A stretch of 63,639 bases of DNA, the filler included, from Octopus bimaculoides (taxonomy: Eukaryota): NCBI RefSeq assembly GCF_001194135.2. It is 5 parts of 4 records of this genome, joined end to end, with 100 filler letters (N's around TTAATTAATTAA, not from the genome) between each part and the next. Parts side by side here need not be neighbours in the genome. Positions count along the whole stretch, not along the records: positions 15,034 to 40,643 come from NC_068983.1; positions 40,744 to 49,967 come from NC_068981.1; positions 50,068 to 61,521 come from NC_069002.1; 2 more parts are not named here. One strand, 5' to 3'. The translations under genes were made by a program, and so were the position numbers. Positions within the stretch are counted from its first letter, which is position 1, and every line of letters starts with the position of its first letter. The notes beneath the pieces are model-generated. The model did not search any database, was not told where the DNA came from, and saw only the letters and a list, made by a program, of their open reading frames with translations. Of the stretch, positions 38,771 through 51,254 are shown piece by piece.

Positions 38771-40296
38771 TACACACCCTGAACACTAATAGCTTTGGAG
38801 CGACATTTAGGATTTCTCAGTTTTCTGTGAATCGATTTTGATAGAACTTTTTCCCAGCTGGTTGGCTCACGATGACAACACCATTGTTATGTTTTCATTA
38901 CTCTGTGTAACATGCTTTCTTTTTTATTTAAGATTCTTCAGTCTTTGGGTGAACCATGCTAATAGCTTTTGAATGAGCATAGCCCACCTAGACATTCTTT
39001 TTTTCAGAAAATGAAGGGTAATGATACATATTAAGCATACATTGAGTATATATTTAACAGAAAACCATAATAATATTATAACATTTATTGACAATGAATT
39101 ATTTAGCCACATGGGCACCATTTCGACAGATAACTTCAAAAACCGTATTAGTCATGGAATCTGCCAATTCCTTAATAGTAGCAAGTTGGACTGTCTCTGC
39201 TGTAGCTTTGATGGTCACCCATAAGACATCTTTTGATGTAAAATGGTGTCCATTGGCATAAACATCTTGTTTAATGATGGGCCAAAGATTTTTGATAGGG
39301 TTGAGATCCAGAGATGCTAGCGGCCACACCATCAACCTTTCTCCTTGTATGCCATAAGATCCTAGGACTGTTTAGGTGATCCTGGCAGAGTGGGAGAGGG
39401 CGTTGTCATGCATGAAGACATGATTCCTCAGAAGTGACAGCAGTATGTTGTCTAGCCAGGGATCTAACACCTCCCTCAGGAGATTGCAGTAGACAGCTGT
39501 GGTCACTTTAACCTCTTCAGGCATCCTGACTGGGCCAACAAGTCTGTCCTGAATGATACCAGCCCACAACATGACTCTTCCACCATGTTGTTGACATTGT
39601 AAATGTTGGTGATGCTCATCTCCAAAATAGACCCAACCATTTGTCCAACTATCAGGTTCATCAAGTCTCACCCCCAGTTTTGTTAGTAAACAGAACATAA
39701 CTCATATCTAACATCATGTACTTTTGGGTCCATTGAAGCCTCAAACTCCTGTGAGGAGGCAGTTTCAAGGGTTCTCACATGGAAGCCATGATCCTGAGGA
39801 TGCAATTTCTGGTAGTTTCCGGTACATGAGGAAGTCTGGAGGGTGTGAAAAAGGCTTTGCTTGTTTGTCCAGGTTTCCCACGTAACTTGCAGCTAATATT
39901 GCTTAAATTCCTAGCTGTCACAGTCTTTGAGGTCCCACAATTGGATCATTTCTTCTTTTGCGCTCATGTAGCTAAATAATTCATTGTCAATAAATATAAT
40001 ATGGTTTCCTGTTAAATATATACTCAATGTATGCTTAGTATGTAGCATTACCTTCCATTTTCTGAAAACAAAAAAAATGTCTACATGGGCTATTTTCATT
40101 CAAAAGCTATTAGCGTGGTTCACCCAAAAACTGAAGAATCTGAAATCAAAACAAAAGGATGTTACACAGAATAGTTAAAACCTAACAATAGTGTTGTCAT
40201 AGTGTACAAACCAGCAGGGAAAAGGTTTTATCAATTCACAGAAAACTGAGAAATCCTAAATTTCACTCCTAAGCTATTAACATGTTACTCTGTGTG
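38771..40296 (-). mobile_element. Decayed Tc1-like DNA transposon with DD37E spacing (TRT-like) and ~320-bp inverted repeats
   Basis: Minus strand gives VLFTNK...DEPDSWTNGW...GGRVMLWAGII...FMHDNA-(37 codons, one an in-frame stop)-NPIKNLW...GAHVAK*. Inverted arms at about 38787-39113 and 39965-40281. Confidence 0.88.
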
Positions 40297-40580
40297 TGTG
40301 TGTTTGTATATATATATATACATTTTTTCTTTTATTCGTTTATTTGTTTCAGTCATTTGATTGCAGCCATGCTGGAGCATCACCTACAGTCGAACAAATT
40401 GATCCCAGGACTTATTCTTTGTGAGCCTAGTACTTATCCTATCAGTCTCTTTTGCCAAGCCGCTAAGTTACGGGGATGTAAACACACCAACATCGGTTGT
40501 CAAGCGATGATGGTGAAGGACAGACACACAAACACACACATACATATATAATATGTATATATATACATATGTAATATGTA

Positions 40581-40620
<40 letters not shown>

Positions 40621-41174
40621 CACTCTACACTATCTGAGTGGTTNNNNNNNNNNNNNNNNNNNNNNNNNNNNNNNNNNNNNNNNNNNNTTAATTAATTAAN
40701 NNNNNNNNNNNNNNNNNNNNNNNNNNNNNNNNNNNNNNNNNNNATATATATATATATATATACATACACATAAATATATATGTAACTATAGAAATATATA
40801 CCGAGGTCAACTTTGCATTTCATCCTTTCGGCCTTGACAAATAAGTACTAATCCAAGGTGTTGGATTTACCAACCTGTTAGAGCATCGGACGAAATATTT
40901 TGGCTCTTAGTCTTTTGACATCAATGCCTGTGACAACACTTATGTCAATCGTCTATAGTGGAGTAACGAAGTAAGACTTGCATGCATAGCATGGAAAATT
41001 GCTGGTAGTCTATCACACATGAAGAAAACACCTTGCCCAGGTTGGCGTTGCCTCTCCCCCTTTCATAATTCCTCCCATGGTACTTCGTTCCCACTAGGTC
41101 CCTAGATCCTTTTTTTCTTCTTTTTCACTCACCTTTTCTCATTCATACTCCTTTATTTTTTCTTATCCATCATC

Positions 41175-41208
41175 CTTCAGATGAAGGATTAGCGTCCGAA
41201 ACGTCAAG
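41175..41208 (+). ncRNA. Degenerate minimal hammerhead motif (U4 to A)
   Basis: CTT-CAGATGA-A-GGA(TTAGCG)TCC-GAAA-C-GTC-AAG, preceded by a long pyrimidine-rich tract. Confidence 0.5.
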
Positions 41209-41445
41209 ACTCCTTTCTTTTTAAGCATTAAATTACAACGCACTTATTACAAGTAGCTCCTCCCGTGTTGTCTTCTTTTTGCGCTTCATAATACATACAT
41301 ACATACATACAAATATACATTCATATATGTATACACACACACACATACACACACACACATATATATTCATACACACGCATGCATGTGCGTGTGTGTTTAT
41401 GTGTGTGTGTATTAAATTGCGGCCTGCTCTCTCTCTCTCTTTATA

Positions 41446-41543
<98 letters not shown>

Positions 41544-41722
41544 CCTGTTAACTGTGTTGTATGCAAGCTTCAGTGGAGCCAGCTGACTAGCCGTAAGCAA
41601 TCTCAGTGCTGTATGCCTTAACAGAAACTAAGGCCAAGCTAATGTTAAGGCTTACAGCACTGAGATTGCTTCCAGCTAGTCAGCTTGCTCCAATGAAGCT
41701 TGCTTGCATCACAACTAACAGG
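41544..41722. repeat. Imperfect hairpin/MITE
   Basis: Roughly 80-bp arms (AAGCAATCTCAGTGCTGTA / TACAGCACTGAGATTGCTT core) with a 19-nt loop. Confidence 0.75.
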
Positions 41723-42089
41723 GAGACAATGTGAATTATTTCGTAATTAATGTTCAGTAATTAATTTATGTAATTATTGTTTTAGTATCTTAAATTACTT
41801 CGTTGGTGTTGGAAATTATTTGCTTGTTTCGATGGTGTGGATTTAAGGAGTGCCTAATTTCCATTCTTTTGGCTAGTTCCTATTCGCAATACTTATATTT
41901 CTCAGCAATGGCTATGAATATTTTTCATTGAGTCGAGTAAAACACCATTTAAATCACATCTTTTAATGTAAACAAACGCTTGGTCGGTAGTGAAAGGCTT
42001 ATTCTGACATTAAACTCGACGAAAGTAAATAATAGATAAACGGGAAAAATTAACTCTGAACTGCAGGTGACATACAAATGCTGTCTAAT

Positions 42090-43080
42090 AATCCTGTCTA
42101 CTATAGGCACAAAACCTGAAATTTTGGTGGGAGTGGGGTCTAGTCAATTATGTCAGTCCCAGTGCTCGTCTGGTACTTATTTTTACGACCTCGAAAGGAT
42201 GAAAGGCAATATCAACTTCAACGGCGTTTGAACTCACAACGTAGAGCCGAAAGAAATGCCGAAAAGCAATTTGTTCTGCGTAGTAACGTTTCTGCTATCT
42301 TGCCGCCTTTTATCGTTTGAAATTTTGGCAAAAGGATGGTATTTGGGAATGGGGGTTTAGCCGGCCACATCGACCCCAGTACTTGATTAGTACTTTATTT
42401 TATTAACCCTGAAATGTAAAGTTAACCTCAGCAGGAATTGAACTTAGCACATAAAGAACTGACGCTAAGCATTTTGTCCGGAGTGCTAACTATTCTGCTA
42501 AATCGTTACCTTACATATTCGGTAATACTGATTTCAAATTTTGGCAATTTCGGGAGAGGTAGTAAGTCGATTACATAGATCCCCAGTGCCCAACTGTTAC
42601 TTATTTAATCGACCCCGAAAAGATGAAAAGTAAAGTCGACCCTGGAGGAATTTGAACTCAGAACGTAAAGACGGACGAAATACCGCTAAGCACTTTGACC
42701 GGAATGGTAATGATGCTTTTCTAATCTAGGCACAAGGCCCGAAATTTTGAGGGAGGGGATCAGTCGATTAGATCGACCCCATTAGGCAACTGGTACTTGA
42801 TTTATCGACCTCAAAAGAATGAAAGGCAAAGTCGATAATGATTTCTAATAATAAATTATAATAAGGCAGGCAGCTGGCAGAAGTGTTAGCACACCGGGCG
42901 AAATGCTTAGCAGTATTTCGTCTGTTTTTACGTCCTGAGTTCAAATTCCTCCGAGGTCGATTTTTATCTTTCATCCTTTTAGGATCGATAAATTAAGTAC
43001 CAGTTGCGTACTGGAGTCGATCTAATTGACTGGCCCACTCCCCAAAAATTCTGGGCCTTGTGCCTAGAGTAGAAAAGAAT
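42090..43080. mobile_element. Cluster of SINE family A copies (four minus, one plus)
   Basis: Repeated GGATGAAAGGCAAAGTCGAC / TTTGAACTCAGAAC blocks. Confidence 0.75.
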
Positions 43081-43868
43081 AATAAATTATATTGTTCGCA
43101 ATGTATTATTCTCAAATGAAGAATTCAGTTTGAAGTTCTGTGAATAAAAAGTATGACAATTTTTAATAACATGTACACAGCATTGACTCATCACAAAAAT
43201 TGTAAAATTTTCACAAAAAATCAGTTATCCATTTACAAGCCTATGTTAATTCTAAACAATTTCGGAAAACAGATAGAATCAATTTGGTGCTTTGGAAAGC
43301 TAAAACNNNNNNNNNNNNNNNNNNNNNNNNNNNNNNNNNNNNNNNNNNNNNNNNNNNNNNNNNNNNNNNNNNNNNNNNNNNNNNNNNNNNNNNNNNNNNN
43401 NNNNNNNNNNNNNNNNNNNNNNNNNNNNNNNNNNNNNNNNNNNNNNNNNNNNNNNNNNNNNNNNNNNNNNNNNNNNNNNNNNNNNNNNNNNNNNNNNNNN
43501 NNNNNNNNNNNNNNNNNNNNNNNNNNNNNNNNNNNNNNNNNNNNNNNNNNNNNNNNNNNNNNNNNNNNNNNNNNNNNNNNNNNNNNNNNNNNNNNNNNNN
43601 NNNNNNNNNNNNNNNNNNNNNNNNNNNNNNNNNNNNNNNNNNNNNNNNNNNNNNNNNNNNNNNNNNNNNNNNNNNNNNNNNNNNNNNNNNNNNNNNNNAG
43701 ATATTTACACCAGGGTAAACAAGTACAACAGTTTGTGTGAAATGTTGCGTTAGTAACGATAGTAGATGTTGTAGTCTTCATCATCACTGAGTTGTGTAGA
43801 TTCTTGCGCCTGGCTGACTTAAGTTGTATCGTCGCCACTGGCAGTTGTTAGCACACAGATAATTCTAT

Positions 43869-44384
43869 ATTACATGGAAAAATGCAAGCATGAAAAGTAA
43901 TATTCTTAAGATTATAAACCTGGAACAGTACAGGATAAGTTATTACACCTGCAAAAGTATAGGACAAACTATTACTTCAAGTAAAGTAAAGAATAAGAAA
44001 CTTTTTACTTAAAATATTGCAGCAAAGAATGCCAGTTCTTCTAATTTATCACTCTTTACAGTTCTCATCTTTTAAATTTATTGTACAAAACTGTTCAGCT
44101 AATTTGTAAGTTTGTCTAATTAGTCACTTTTTTCTGTATTTAAGGTAGTAAATTAGCCAAATTCTACTTAAATAAGTATAGTGTTATTTGTAAACTATAA
44201 TAAAATAATTTTTAATATTCAAATTTTAATTTTAGCTGCAATATTTTAAGTTAAAAGTTTCTTATTCTTCACTTGAAGTAATAGCTTGTAATATACTTTT
44301 ACATGTGTAATAACTTGTCCTGTACTTTTCCAGGTTTATAATCTTAAGAATATTACTTTTCATGCTCGAATTTTTCCATGTAAT
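43869..44384. repeat. AT-rich foldback element
   Basis: Arms 43869-44023 and 44235-44384 are imperfect reverse complements. Confidence 0.75.
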
Positions 44385-46318
44385 CCATGATTTTTCCAGG
44401 CATTGCTGTTATAAGATAATTATTAATGTGTCAATTAATAATTTAAGATTTTACCTTATAAAATACTGAAAGATAATATTTCCATTTTTCCATGTAAGTG
44501 ATGATAATATTTCAATTTTTTCATGTTTAATTTAAATATATGTTGTGATTGAATTATTTGATATTACCCATCCACACTAAATTAATGGCAGGGATTTTTA
44601 CCATGTTGTTGGTTGCACCATGGCTCACCATAAGTTACAAACAANNNNNNNNNNNNNNNNNNNNNNNNNNNNNNNNNNNNNNNNNNNNNNNNNNNNNNNN
44701 NNNNNNNNNNNNNNNNNNNNNNNNNNNNNNNNNNNNNNNNNNNNNNNNNNNNNNNNNNNNNNNNNNNNNNNNNNNNNNNNNNNNNNNNNNNNNNNNNNNN
44801 NNNNNNNNNNNNNNNNNNNNNNNNNNNNNNNNNNNNNNNNNNCCCCCGCACCACTAATTTTTTCCGAACCAAAATAAGGGATCTGCAGCATATTAGGAGA
44901 TCAAGGTACTTGATTCCACGCAAAAAATCAAATATTTTTCTTAGTGAAAAAATTGCGGGTGTTAATATAGAAATTTACCATAACGTTGTTGTTATTTAGC
45001 CTCAAATCAACCTTGATACCGCAAACGTATCATCTGAGACATTCCAGCCTTCAGCAAACCGTCTTTTTAGGGATAATCTAGAACATTACATACAATGGGC
45101 GTGTGATTTAGGTAGGGGGATTCTTTGGTTGCTATTTTTAGCGTGTCGAGCGACCAGGTAGAGGCTCTTTTATTGGTTTGATTGAGTGATGAGATTTTTT
45201 TACACATATATATAATATGTATATATATCATCGGCAAAAGTTAGAGAGTAAGTCAAAAGCTGAGAGTTTCGTGTATTGGCACTTATCAAACACGAATTTG
45301 TCCATTGTTACATTGTAACTTCTGACGAAATAACTTCTAAGATACAAAATTTTGTCCAAAACGTTAAGAGTAAACCCTGTTCTATGTGACACATTCTACC
45401 AGTATCGGAAGGTTGAAAATGTTTAGTTAAAAAAAATTAATAAAATAATCTGTATGTCAAAGTCGACCTCGGCGAAATTTGAACTAAAAAAAAACAACAT
45501 AAAGACAAACGAAATACAGTTAAGCATTTCATCCGGCGCGTTAACGTTTCTGCCATCTCGCAGCTTTCGGATAAAAATATTGATTTTAGAAATATATTCT
45601 TTATTCTTATTCCTTAAGCGTTATTCCCTTATTTCCTTACTTACTGACAGGAAATTTCGTAACATTTTACCTCATAACTCCTTTTCTACTAAATTTGTTC
45701 AATGCGACTAACGATTCTGAATTCCTCATGCATTTTTCTATCATGTAAGCCTAAGAAAGGTATACTTTTGATTTAAAATTAAAAAGTTTGTTAATTGAAG
45801 ATGAATAGGTGCCTTACTGCCCCCTTGAGGTCGCAGATATTTTGATGCAACTTTTTTTCTACTGAACCAAGTCTCAAACTATTTATGCCAAAGTGTAGCT
45901 GAGGAGGTGTCCTCTTTAAAACTGTTAACAGTTTGCAATTTAGTTGAGAACTGAATTAGTGGTGAAGCTCGGAAGCTGCTGCGATTGACGAAATGGTGGA
46001 CTTAAGAATATATTCGACCACAGCAGTGGTTAAATGATATTGGTTATGGTTTGTGAAAGAAAACAGCGGCAAAAACAAAAGTTAATGACATCCCGTTTTT
46101 ACCAGAGATTTCAGAGATCAGTTGCTTGCTGACGTCTTCAATCATTGAGTGAGTCCTGTTTGAGTTTGTTTGGTCGTCTTTACGTTCGAACATACTAGTT
46201 AGGGTTCAATTTGCAGGCAGTTGAGTTGATGATTGGGACATTGTCAATATCCCTGGACCAAATTAAAAAGAAAAATACAGAGCGTGAGTTGCTTCTTTAA
46301 TGGATGAAACTTCTGATA

Positions 46319-46782
46319 TACGAGGGGCTACCCAAAAGTAACCGAAAACGTCCTCTGTGGGACAAGTCCGTTGTAGTTCAGACTTCTGCCGCTGGAGGCC
46401 ACTTGATGCAACCCTCAGGCATCAGTCTGCCGACCGGTGTCGTTTTTTGAGGTCGTACTGCCATGCACTGCGTCTTTGCTTTGTAGTGCTTCTTTCCGGT
46501 TCGTCGATTTTTGCGATGGCTGAAACAAAGGAACAGCGTGCTTCCGTGAAATTCTATTTTCTGCTGGGGAAAACGGAAGCCGAAACAGTTGTCATGCTTC
46601 GAACAGCTTACACGGACGCTGCCATGAGCAAAACATAAGTTTACGGGTGGTTTTCACTTGTCGCTTGAAGACCAGCCTTGTCCAGGGTGGCCGTCGACCT
46701 CCTGAAGGAATAAAAATATCATGAAAATTCATGAACTGATCTTGGAGGACCATCACTAAACATTGGACGAACTTGTTGATAT
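46319..46782 (+). mobile_element. Mariner 5' fragment (TIR plus N-terminal HTH), running into an N gap
   Basis: TA-CGAGGGGCTACCCAAAAGT terminus. Reads MAETKEQRASVKFYFLLGKTEAETVVMLRTAYTDAAMSKT*VYGWF...LEDHH*TLDELVD. Confidence 0.85.
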
Positions 46783-47869
46783 GNNNNNNNNNNNNNNNNN
46801 NNNNNNNNNNNNNNNNNNNNNNNNNNNNNNNNNNNNNNNNNNNNNNNNNNNNNNNNNNNNNNNNNNNNNNNNNNNNNNNNNNNNNNNNNNNNNNNNNNNN
46901 NNNNNNNNNNNNNNNNNNNNNNNNNNNNNNNNNNNNNNNNNNNNNNNNNNNNNNNNNNNNNNNNNNNNNNNNNNNNNNNNNNNNNNNNNNNNNNNNNNNN
47001 NNNNNNNNNNNNNNNNNNNNNNNNNNNNNNNNNNNNNNNNNNNNNNNNNNNNNNNNNNNNNNNNNNNNNNNNNNNNNNNNNNNNNNNNNNNNNNNNNNNN
47101 NNNNNNNNNNNNNNNNNNNNNNNNNNNNNNNNNNNNNNNNNNNNNNNNNNNNNNNNNNNNNNNNNNNNNNNNNNNNNNNNNNNNNNNNNNNNNNNNNNNN
47201 NNNNNNNNNNNNNNNNNNNNNNNNNNNNNNNNNNNNNNNNNNNNNNNNNNNNNNNNNNNNNNNNNNNNNNNNNNNNNNNNNNNNNNNNNNNNNNNNNNNN
47301 NNNNNNNNNNNNNNNNNNNNNNNNNNNNNNNNNNNNNNNNNNNNNNNNNNNNNNNNNNNNNNNNNNNNNNNNNNNNNNNNNNNNNNNNNNNNNNNNNNNN
47401 NNNNNNNNNNNNNNNNNNNNNNNNNNNNNNNNNNNNNNNNNNNNNNNNNNNNNNNNNNNNNNNNNNNNNNNNNNNNNNNNNNNNNNNNNNNNNNNNNNNN
47501 NNNNNNNNNNNNNNNNNNNNNNNNNNNNNNNNNNNNNNNNNNNNNNNNNNNNNNNNNNNNNNNNNNNNNNNNNNNNNNNNNNNNNNNNNNNNNNNNNNNN
47601 NNNNNNNNNNNNNNNNNNNNNNNNNNNNNNNNNNNNNNNNNNNNNNNNNNNNNNNNNNNNNNNNNNNNNNNNNNNNNNNNNNNNNNNNNNNNNNNNNNNN
47701 NNNNNNNNNNNNNNNNNNNNNNNNNNNNNNNNNNNNNNNNNNNNNNNNNNNNNNNNNNNNNNNATTTTTCTGCACTGTTATGTTCATAATATTGTTGCTT
47801 TAAGTCATGCTATTTTTTACTTTCTTGAAAACAATAATTTTTTCTAATATTAAGTGGTATATTTTCATT

Positions 47870-48720
47870 TTTAGCAGCTTTACGAAGCAAACGGCTTCAA
47901 ATAAGCCGGATTAGCATATCGCAAAAAGAAGACTTGGAGGTGAAACGCCTCGCATATCAAAAAAAGACCATGCATGGGTATATTTCCCGAAGGCTTGAAC
48001 ATGAAGCGAGACTCGTGACCGCTACATCACATCACACTTCGAAGGATATGTTTTTACTCTCCAAGAACTTGAGATTTCTACTAAATACCTCATAGATAAA
48101 AGAGACAATAAAGACCTTGGAGTTCCAAGATGCAACCGAAAATGTAGATTATGCCATATTTCTATGAAAGACATCATACGTGTGATTAGCAGCTGCCCCA
48201 AAACGTCAAAACCATATACAATGTCATCCGGAAGAAAGACTGTCCCAGAATGAATATAGAGAATCCGCCTGCTATTGAATATGTACACATCTATCAGCAC
48301 AAGGAATACTGGTGGAACATTACCATCAAAACATCTGTCAAGTGTAAGCATAACAGGCCAGATATTGTTACGGACAGACAAGAAAAATTATGTACCGTCA
48401 TAGAAGTTAGTTGTCCTGCTGATGTAAATATCTCTTTGAAAATCAAAGAGAAAAAAGATAATTATGGACTATATCTGCTTCGAAACTTCCAGCTTCTGTA
48501 TCCGGATTACAAATTTACATTTATACCAGTAATAATAGGAGCACTTGGTTTTGTAAGTAAATGCTTAACTGTCAGTTTGGATAAGCTAGGGTTTTCGGAA
48601 AAAGAAATCAACCGGCTGACCAAGCACATTTCAAATACAATGTCTGAGTTGAACAGTACAAAAAATGCAAGACTTTTCTCAAGTTTAATATGTGACATTG
48701 TTTTCGTTATCTACATTCCA
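47870..48720 (+). mobile_element. Decayed REL-type non-LTR retrotransposon C-terminus (zinc knuckle plus REL), a different lineage from the 4536 copy
   Basis: Reads KTMHGYISRR...ITSHFEGYVFTLQELEISTKYLIDKR...RKCRLCHISMKDIIRVISSCPK, and ORF 48250-48786 WWNITIKTSVKCKHNRPDIV...VIEVSCP...FIPVIIGALG. Confidence 0.85.
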
Positions 48721-49928
48721 AAGATGGAGCTTTGTATCTTTGTTAGAAACCAGCTCCTTCATCAAAGGGAAAATTTAAATAATTAAAAACAGAAACATAT
48801 ATACATACAGGCAAGCATACAGGCAGGCATACAGGCAAATAGATAGATATTCAAACAGACAGAAGACTGACAGGCAGACGGGTGGACGTACAGACAGACA
48901 GAGACAGATGAGGAGATGCAGTCATATTTGCATACATATGTGTGTGTTTGTGTGTGTGTGTATTTGTACGATTGTATACGAAAATGTTTTTGTTTGAATG
49001 TGTATATGCTTATGTGTATGATTCTGTGTTTCTGTTTGCCCGTGTTGAGAATGGTTTATACGCATGATATACAAGATCATTATAGAAATCTATATGCGTG
49101 TGTGTGTATGTGTGTATGTATGTATTATGTATGTGTATGTGTGCGTGTATGTGTGTGCTTAAGATACATAAGTTTGCATATATCTAATGATTGCATTCAT
49201 GTACACATAATGTATGTTTTCAGTATAAGTACTTTCAAATATCCTATTTCATTTGTTTATTCATTTACTTTTCTATCTTTTTTTCTATTAATCTTGTGCT
49301 TTATTTTACATAAAACTGTCAGTGAATGTTGGTTTTAACATGGAGCTTGCAAGAATTCTTCTCCAAAAGCGTTTGGGGTCAATAACTTTGTCAGTTGCCT
49401 ACACAAACCTACTTCGCCTTTCTGGCCAGCATTTCGTCGTTTATAATTAATTCATTACATCCAAGTAACGCACAAGCTTAGGCAAGATTTCACTTGACAT
49501 GTTAAGACGGCACTTATTAGATTCAGCTGCTACAACTCCCAACCCAATTCTTCTTACACTGATCAAATCTATTTAGTTATGCATAAGAAATTCCTGGAAG
49601 GACCAATAGGAAAACGTCCCAAGGATTTTCTTCCAGGCCAGCAACACCTCGAGTATTCACTTTTGGCAGTGCTCTGACATAATTGTCTATGACGGGGTGA
49701 GCTTCATATCTGCCTTGCTACCTACGTGATAACCATTTGATGGAGCTATTGTTGAATTCTAACAGACAATAAGGTTTCGTAGAAGGAGGACGCACCATTC
49801 TGCAGTGAGTTATATTGCATTACAACGAAGAATACTAATTTCACTTGCAAACAACTGGCATATTTCATCATTGAGTCTGCTTTTATCAATTCTTAAGATG
49901 CACACATACACACGTATGTGCGTATATC

Positions 49929-49967
<39 letters not shown>

Positions 49968-50157
49968 NNNNNNNNNNNNNNNNNNNNNNNNNNNNNNNNN
50001 NNNNNNNNNNNTTAATTAATTAANNNNNNNNNNNNNNNNNNNNNNNNNNNNNNNNNNNNNNNNNNNNCAATTGTTCTATTTCTATTTCTGATATTTTTTT
50101 TGCTTTTAGAATATATCTTCTTATGTTAGCTAGCTTGTTAGGGTTCATTGTTTTATC

Positions 50158-50248
<91 letters not shown>

Positions 50249-50789
50249 CGTTGTTGTCCTTCTTCTTATCATCACCCTCCTCATCATTGCTATTATTATT
50301 ATTTTAAAAAATATAAGAAATCATTATTCCAATTCTTTAATTTCCCTCCTTTGCTTCATTCATTTACAAAATAAACAACAACAACAACAAAAAGAATTTC
50401 GATAATAAATGCTTCTTGCGTTGTCTTTTTTATTTTTTCCCATAATCTTCACCATTCCCTTCAACACCCATTTACTACACATATCTCCAAACATCATCAC
50501 CATTATCGCTATCCTTCGCCTGTTCTCTCTAAAATTTCAGATATTTACAATTAATTTTCCAGTAATTAAAATGTTATAATAGATTTCTTTGTTGTGTTAT
50601 TGAAAGTTGTTGCTTGTTTGATTTGTCTTGCTTCCTTTTATTTATTTCTCATATTAAAGATTCAGACGAGTGTTATATTAAAGAAAACAAAATCCTAGAA
50701 ACACATTTACAGATGACGTTTTTTTTTATTGTGAAAATATTCTAGATAAGTAATAACATTAACAAATATCATCATCATTATTATTATTA

Positions 50790-51155
50790 TTGTTCAGTAG
50801 TTTTATTTTTATGACGTGCTTTCACTTCACTACCGAGCGCAGCTCTGTGCGCCCTGGGTATGTGCTGTGGTTTGCTGTGGTGCTCTTATGGTTACTGTAT
50901 TGAAAGTGTTTTGCGTAGGATGTGTGCAGTACCCAGTAGTGCAATTTTCTTTATGTTATATATATTTGTAAGTCCTGGTGTTTTTGTTATGTATTTGTCT
51001 GAATATTTTTTTATTATATTGTTGTGTGACTACTATCTAGATTTTCCTGATGTATTTTTCCTTTCAATTGTTCTATTTCTATTTCTGATATTTTTTTTTG
51101 CTTTTAGAATATATCTTCATGTTAGCTAGTTTGTTAGGGTTCATTGTTTTATCGA
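50790..51155 (-). mobile_element. Internally deleted R4/Dong-type element
   Basis: Minus strand: a segment like MNPNKLANMKIYSKSKK..EIEIEQLKGKIHQENLD (frameshifted) joined to KYSDKYITKTPGLTNIYNIKKIALLGTAHILRKTLSIQ*, then a 3' UTR and (TAA)n. Confidence 0.7.
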
Positions 51156-51254
51156 GGTCTATAATAATAATAATTATTATTATTATTATTATTATAATTA
51201 TTATTGTTGTTGTTGTTGTTGTCGTCGTCATCATCATCATTAATATTATTCGAG

